From: an uncultured Nitrososphaerales archaeon | GTDB taxonomy: Archaea > Thermoproteota > Nitrososphaeria > Nitrososphaerales > Nitrososphaeraceae | Length of the DNA stretch: 64,000 nt | Assembly: GCA_963709405.1 (NCBI GenBank) | Contig: CAVPXM010000021.1 | Coordinates: 96,001 to 160,000, forward strand | Direction of reading: 5' to 3' | Shown here: positions 59,748 through 64,000 of the stretch, piece by piece | Layout of the letters: the number at the start of each line of letters is the position of its first letter | Position numbering within the stretch: the first letter of the stretch is position 1 | Translations under genes and position numbers: made by a program | The notes under the pieces: generated by a model | The model's input: the letters and a program-made list of their open reading frames with translations, nothing else | The model's database searches: none | What the model was told of the DNA's origin: nothing

Positions 59748-60449
59748 CTAGATTCCCCTTTGATTAGACCAAAGAAGTGTTTGCAGCCGGATTGATAAAA
59801 TATATCCCCTTTTCTTGCATGTTTCTGAAAGCCACCTGGCTCGACTAATCACCTGTTCTCTATCATTTCCCTGAGGGACTAGTATTATCTTGCTTGTAGA
59901 TATCTTGTACTTATCTACGAGATCTTCTAGCTCACTAAGGTCGGTGGAATCGCTTATGACGTACTTGAAGAAGCATTTTGGATGGTTACTAAAAAAAAGA
60001 TAGCAATTTTCAATCTCCCTTAAGCTTTTGACGTTTGCCGAACTTGTGAGTTTCGGTGAGACGTTCCACTGGTCAATAAGACGATCGAAATTTTCTGCAG
60101 GCAGGATGGTGCCATTTGTCTCTATTTCGATAAAGTAACCCATCTCTTTAATCTCCTTAAGGAACGGTAACAATTGTCTCTGTTGGATCATTGGCTCACC
60201 TCCTGTGATAACCAAATGTCTCGATCTGTATTTTGATATTGAATTTATCACCTCATCTATACTCATTTCTTTAACCTCAACTGTATAATCATAGTGGTCC
60301 CAATCCCAGGTGTATTTTGTATCGCACCAAGAGCATGTCAAATTACAAAGTGAAGTACGCAGAAATATCACGGGTTTTCCTGTATTGATGCCTTCTCCTT
60401 GCAAAGAGTAAAAGATCTCACTTATCTTAAGAGCTGTTGTGTGCGCCAT
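59748..60449 (-). CDS. queE: 7-carboxy-7-deazaguanine synthase (radical SAM)
   Basis: SEIFYSLQGEG, CNLTCSWCDT, VITGGEP, IETNGT, NVSPKL; ATG at 60449 is the likely start. Confidence 0.95.
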   Translation of the reverse strand: MAHTTALKISEIFYSLQGEGINTGKPVIFLRTSLCNLTCSWCDTKYTWDWDHYDYTVEVKEMSIDEVINSISKYRSRHLVITGGEPMIQQRQLLPFLKEIKEMGYFIEIETNGTILPAENFDRLIDQWNVSPKLTSSANVKSLREIENCYLFFSNHPKCFFKYVISDSTDLSELEDLVDKYKISTSKIILVPQGNDREQVISRARWLSETCKKRGYILSIRLQTLLWSNQRGI

Positions 60450-60484
60450 CTTTTCACGCTTATTGAAGATATGATTCAAAGTTC

Positions 60485-60802
60485 CTATTGCCAATAACCA
60501 CCCAGCAGCTGCTGATATATCTTATTAGTATGAAAAACCGCTACTGCAGTTTCATCGGATAATTTACATCTGCACGCAGAACACGAACTGCATATCAAAT
60601 AGCTGCATTTAGGACAATTTTCAGCATCTTGAATACAGAATTTTCCTCCACACTTAAAACACCATATATATGGTTTAATTATAAACTTCAGAAAGTTTTC
60701 GACTAACCGTGATAATGTCAAATTTCGTTCATCAACTATTGCTTGCGCATCATTCCGAACCTTTTCATCAATGCTCAGAGTTAGTTTCGTTTTACCTACC
60801 AT
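60485..60802 (-). CDS. RHH (DUF6364-like) regulator fused to a Cys-rich zinc domain
   Basis: KTKLTLSIDEKV...LSRLVENFL, then CFKC, CPKC, CSSCSACRC. Confidence 0.8.
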   Translation of the reverse strand: MVGKTKLTLSIDEKVRNDAQAIVDERNLTLSRLVENFLKFIIKPYIWCFKCGGKFCIQDAENCPKCSYLICSSCSACRCKLSDETAVAVFHTNKIYQQLLGGYWQ

Positions 60803-61160
60803 ATCAATACGGACTTATACGTATTATCACGTAAATATACATAAATTTGTTTGTGTTATTGCAGACGGACGACACACAAGACGAGGATCCAAAGATCCGA
60901 GCGCATCAATAAAAGTGAGCTAAATTGGAGTGGAAGATCGGGGTTTTATCACAATGTCCACTACCAAACGCCTATGACAACAACATACCTCATACGTTCC
61001 TTCTTAAGATTCATTTTGGAACATTTTCTGTAATAGACGATCTCTTTAAGGGGTGATCTTGATCAATCCATGGATTCCCTGGTTGTGAAATAGCGATCCT
61101 ACGACCATTAGACGACACGATCAGTAACATAAGATAGGACGATATCAGTGACCGATTGAT

Positions 61161-62111
61161 CTACTCATCGTTACGGAATCGATCGTCCCTCAATATTTCG
61201 TCTCGTGTGTTGCCGTTTGCTACTAAAGATACAAAAACATCATCCAATGTTACGGGAGAGACAGTGAAAGAGATATTCTTCTCTAATGCGAATTCGGATA
61301 GCTCTTTGGCCGCAGATTCAAACGCAAATACTCGAAGTGTATTAGCACCGGTATCTATCACCGATCCAAAAGGTCGTAGCATCTCGGAGTTGACTCCATC
61401 CTTCATTACATCTATTCTGACGTTCTGAGGTATGATTTTCCTGAGATCACGCATACTTCCTTCTGCCAATACACGCCCTTGATCTATAATAACAATCTTG
61501 TCAGAAAGCATCTCTGCTTCATCCATATAATGTGTTGTCAACAATATGGATTTACCACGTGTCTTCCATTCTTTTATCGCCAACCACACTTGTCGTCGTG
61601 ATACAGGATCCAATCCTATCGTCGGCTCATCTAAGAATAATAATTCTGCGTCAGTTGCCATTGCCATAGCTACAAGAATTTTTTGCTTCATTCCACCAGA
61701 CAAATTCATTGCTGGCCTATCCTTCGCACCATAAAGTTCCAGAGTTTGCAGAATGCTCTCGGTGTTTCTCTTAGCCTGGGATCTGTCCTGTCCACGGATT
61801 TGTAACCAATTATAAACATGATCCCAGGGCGTAAGCGCCCTCAATGGTCTTCCTTCTTGTGGAACAATAGAGATAAGGTTCCTAACCTTCTCAGGCTCCT
61901 TTACAACGTCATAGCCAAGGACATTAATTTTTCCAGAAGTCGGCATCAATTGTGTGGCACAGATACGAACAAAAGTCGTTTTTCCAGCACCATTCCTCCC
62001 AAGAAGAGTAAATACCGTCTTAGATTCAACAGTTAGTGAGACGTTACTTAATGCTGGGACTCTTGAGCCTTTGTATGACTTTGAGAGTTCTTCAGTAATA
62101 ATTGAAGGCAT
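61161..62111 (-). CDS. ABC-2 type transporter ATP-binding protein
   Basis: GRNGAGKT, LSGGM, FLDEPT, TTH. Confidence 0.96.
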   Translation of the reverse strand: MPSIITEELSKSYKGSRVPALSNVSLTVESKTVFTLLGRNGAGKTTFVRICATQLMPTSGKINVLGYDVVKEPEKVRNLISIVPQEGRPLRALTPWDHVYNWLQIRGQDRSQAKRNTESILQTLELYGAKDRPAMNLSGGMKQKILVAMAMATDAELLFLDEPTIGLDPVSRRQVWLAIKEWKTRGKSILLTTHYMDEAEMLSDKIVIIDQGRVLAEGSMRDLRKIIPQNVRIDVMKDGVNSEMLRPFGSVIDTGANTLRVFAFESAAKELSEFALEKNISFTVSPVTLDDVFVSLVANGNTRDEILRDDRFRNDE

Positions 62112-62172
62112 TATCTCCTCAGGATGTCACAGTGTTACACCGTTCCGTATCTGATCCGACCATGTCTATTTA

Positions 62173-63294
62173 CTAAAAAACACTTTTAAATTCCTTATCC
62201 AATTGCCTGAGTAAAGCTTTTTGAGTGTCATTAATTTGTGTTGGGACTTTGATGTTCAACCTAACCAGTTGATCTCCTTTTCCAAAGCCACCATAGCGAG
62301 GTAAACCCTTACCCTTAAGTTTAAGGATAGTATTTGGTTGACTTCCAGACATAATCCTTAGTTTTTCGTTACCTTCAAGAGTTGGGATCTTAAGCTCAGC
62401 TCCAAGAGCCAAATCAGTGAAACTAGCATCGAGATTACAAAGAATATGCCCGTCAGATAACCTCTCAAAAACTGAATGAGGTTTAACATGAATCCTGATC
62501 AATAAATCTCCAGGCTGGCCATTGTCAGAAGGTTCTCCTTCTCCACGCAGTTGTAATGTCATCCCGTCTTCTACACCTTGAGGGATTTCAATCTTGATTT
62601 TCTTATATTTTTTAACGCTACCAGCTCCGCTGCAGGTTTCACAAGGACGGTCAATAATTTCTCCTTGTCCACGACAGGTCTGACATGGTTCCAAAGACAC
62701 GAATGTGGAGAATCGGTTCTGACTATAGACTCGCCTCATCTGTCCCTGCCCGTCACAAACATTACACTTCCTTGGCTTACTTCCAGGCGCAGCGCCAGTT
62801 CCAGCACAATTTCTGCACTTTTCCAGTTTTGGTAATTCTATCTCCTCTCTTTTTCCTTTAAGAACATCTTCTAAAGACAATTCGGTATCATAAACAAGAT
62901 CCTGACCCCTTTGTCTACCACCACCGCCAAAACGGAATCCAAAGTTAAATGGATCAGCAAATCCTCCTTCTCGACCACCAAAAACCTGTTCGAATATATC
63001 TTTAAAGCCCCCAATGCCTATATCTTTGAAAATCTCATCGAAGTTCGCTTCTGAACCTCTGAATACTTCTTCACTACCTACCTGACCATACGTATCGTAC
63101 CTCTTCCGCTTCTCGTCATCGGATAATACTGCGTAAGCCTCTGAAATTTCCTTAAACCTCTCTTCAGCACCCTTCGATTTATTTCTGTCCGGGTGATATT
63201 GAAGCGCTAACTTTCTATATACGTTCTTGATTTCATCTTTACTTGCATTTTTTGGGACACCAAGAATCTCGTAGTAGTCCCTCTTGTTACTCAT
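62173..63294 (-). CDS. dnaJ: Chaperone DnaJ (class A), complete
   Basis: J domain with HPD, G/F region, four CxxCxGxG motifs, CTD I and II. Confidence 0.98.
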   Translation of the reverse strand: MSNKRDYYEILGVPKNASKDEIKNVYRKLALQYHPDRNKSKGAEERFKEISEAYAVLSDDEKRKRYDTYGQVGSEEVFRGSEANFDEIFKDIGIGGFKDIFEQVFGGREGGFADPFNFGFRFGGGGRQRGQDLVYDTELSLEDVLKGKREEIELPKLEKCRNCAGTGAAPGSKPRKCNVCDGQGQMRRVYSQNRFSTFVSLEPCQTCRGQGEIIDRPCETCSGAGSVKKYKKIKIEIPQGVEDGMTLQLRGEGEPSDNGQPGDLLIRIHVKPHSVFERLSDGHILCNLDASFTDLALGAELKIPTLEGNEKLRIMSGSQPNTILKLKGKGLPRYGGFGKGDQLVRLNIKVPTQINDTQKALLRQLDKEFKSVF

Positions 63295-63297
63295 CTT

Positions 63298-64000
63298 CTA
63301 AAAAACCCTATTGATCTTACTAACAATGTTTTTAAATGTCTTATTCAATTTTCTGATTAAAGCTTGGACGTCAGATAACCTCTCAAAAACTGAATGAGGT
63401 TTAACATGAATCCTGATCAATAAATCTCCAGGCTGGCCATTGTCAGAAGGTTCTCCTTCTCCACGCAGTTGTAATGTCATCCCGTCTTCTACACCTGCAG
63501 GAATTTGTATATAGATTTTCTTATATTTTTTAACGCTACCAGCTCCGCTGCAGGTTTCACAAGGACGGTCAATAATTTCTCCTTGTCCACGACAGGTCTG
63601 ACATGGTTCCAAAGACACGAATGTGGAGAATCGGTTCTGACTATAGACTCGCCTCATCTGTCCCTGCCCGTCACAAACATTACACTTCCTTGGCTTACTT
63701 CCAGGCGCAGCGCCAGTTCCAGCACAATTTCTGCACTTTTCCAGTTTTGGTAATTCTATCTCCTCTCTTTTTCCTTTAAGAACATCTTCTAAAGACAATT
63801 CGGTATCATAAACAAGATCCTGACCCCTTTGTCTACCACCACCGCCAAAACGGAATCCAAAGTTAAATGGATCAGCAAATCCTCCTTCTCGACCACCAAA
63901 AACCTGTTCGAATATATCTTTAAAGCCCCCAATGCCTATATCTTTGAAAATCTCATCGAAGTTCGCTTCTGAACCTCTGAATACTTCTTCACTACCTACC
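63298..64000 (-). CDS. dnaJ: Second, 3'-truncated dnaJ copy (5' end outside the window)
   Basis: 63369-64000 matches 62451-63082 at a 918-nt offset except for 7 clustered substitutions; lacks CTD II. Confidence 0.8.
   Translation of the reverse strand, partial: VGSEEVFRGSEANFDEIFKDIGIGGFKDIFEQVFGGREGGFADPFNFGFRFGGGGRQRGQDLVYDTELSLEDVLKGKREEIELPKLEKCRNCAGTGAAPGSKPRKCNVCDGQGQMRRVYSQNRFSTFVSLEPCQTCRGQGEIIDRPCETCSGAGSVKKYKKIYIQIPAGVEDGMTLQLRGEGEPSDNGQPGDLLIRIHVKPHSVFERLSDVQALIRKLNKTFKNIVSKINRVF

Noticed and set aside
50507-60449. queC/D/E as a Dpd DNA-modification system
   Set aside because: No dpdA/TGT-like gene in the window; archaeosine precursor synthesis explains these genes.
62579-63513. 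dnaJ copies as a DGR template/variable repeat pair
   Set aside because: Substitutions are not adenine-specific on either strand or in either direction, and no reverse transcriptase is present in the window.

Overview
AT-rich archaeal chromosome segment. Gene content (YVTN propeller, PsbP-like and PQQ/GSDH surface proteins, AmmeMemoRadiSam enzyme, HD-GNAT fusion, AlaX-queC-queD block, leaderless TATA promoters, intron-containing tRNA) fits a soil ammonia-oxidising archaeon of the Nitrososphaeraceae; this is inferred from family resemblance, not from a search. Housekeeping genes (purB, dnaJ, queC/D/E, HIT, USP, MFS, ABC) are interspersed with decayed IS5, IS6 and IS481 elements, pseudogenes and tandem-repeat surface proteins. 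Many single-base frameshifts, including one in purB, suggest uncorrected sequencing indels, so pseudogene calls based on one frameshift are provisional. Best candidates: (1) a ~2.9 kb putative cargo transposon (11015-13954) in which a SWIM/Zn-ribbon/DDE IS6-like transposase is translationally coupled to a methyltransferase, followed by a PD-(D/E)xK nuclease, with a divergent RHH repressor and palindromic operator; (2) a divergent pair of unannotated MAAKK micro-ORFs, one enclosed in a hairpin; (3) tRNA-Ser(CGA) with two introns; (4) a TetR-type operator plus TATA cassette found twice, 12.4 kb apart; (5) a tandem dnaJ duplication differing in one dense 17-nt patch; (6) QueD fused to a nuclease-like domain. 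No CRISPR array, rRNA or reverse transcriptase was seen.
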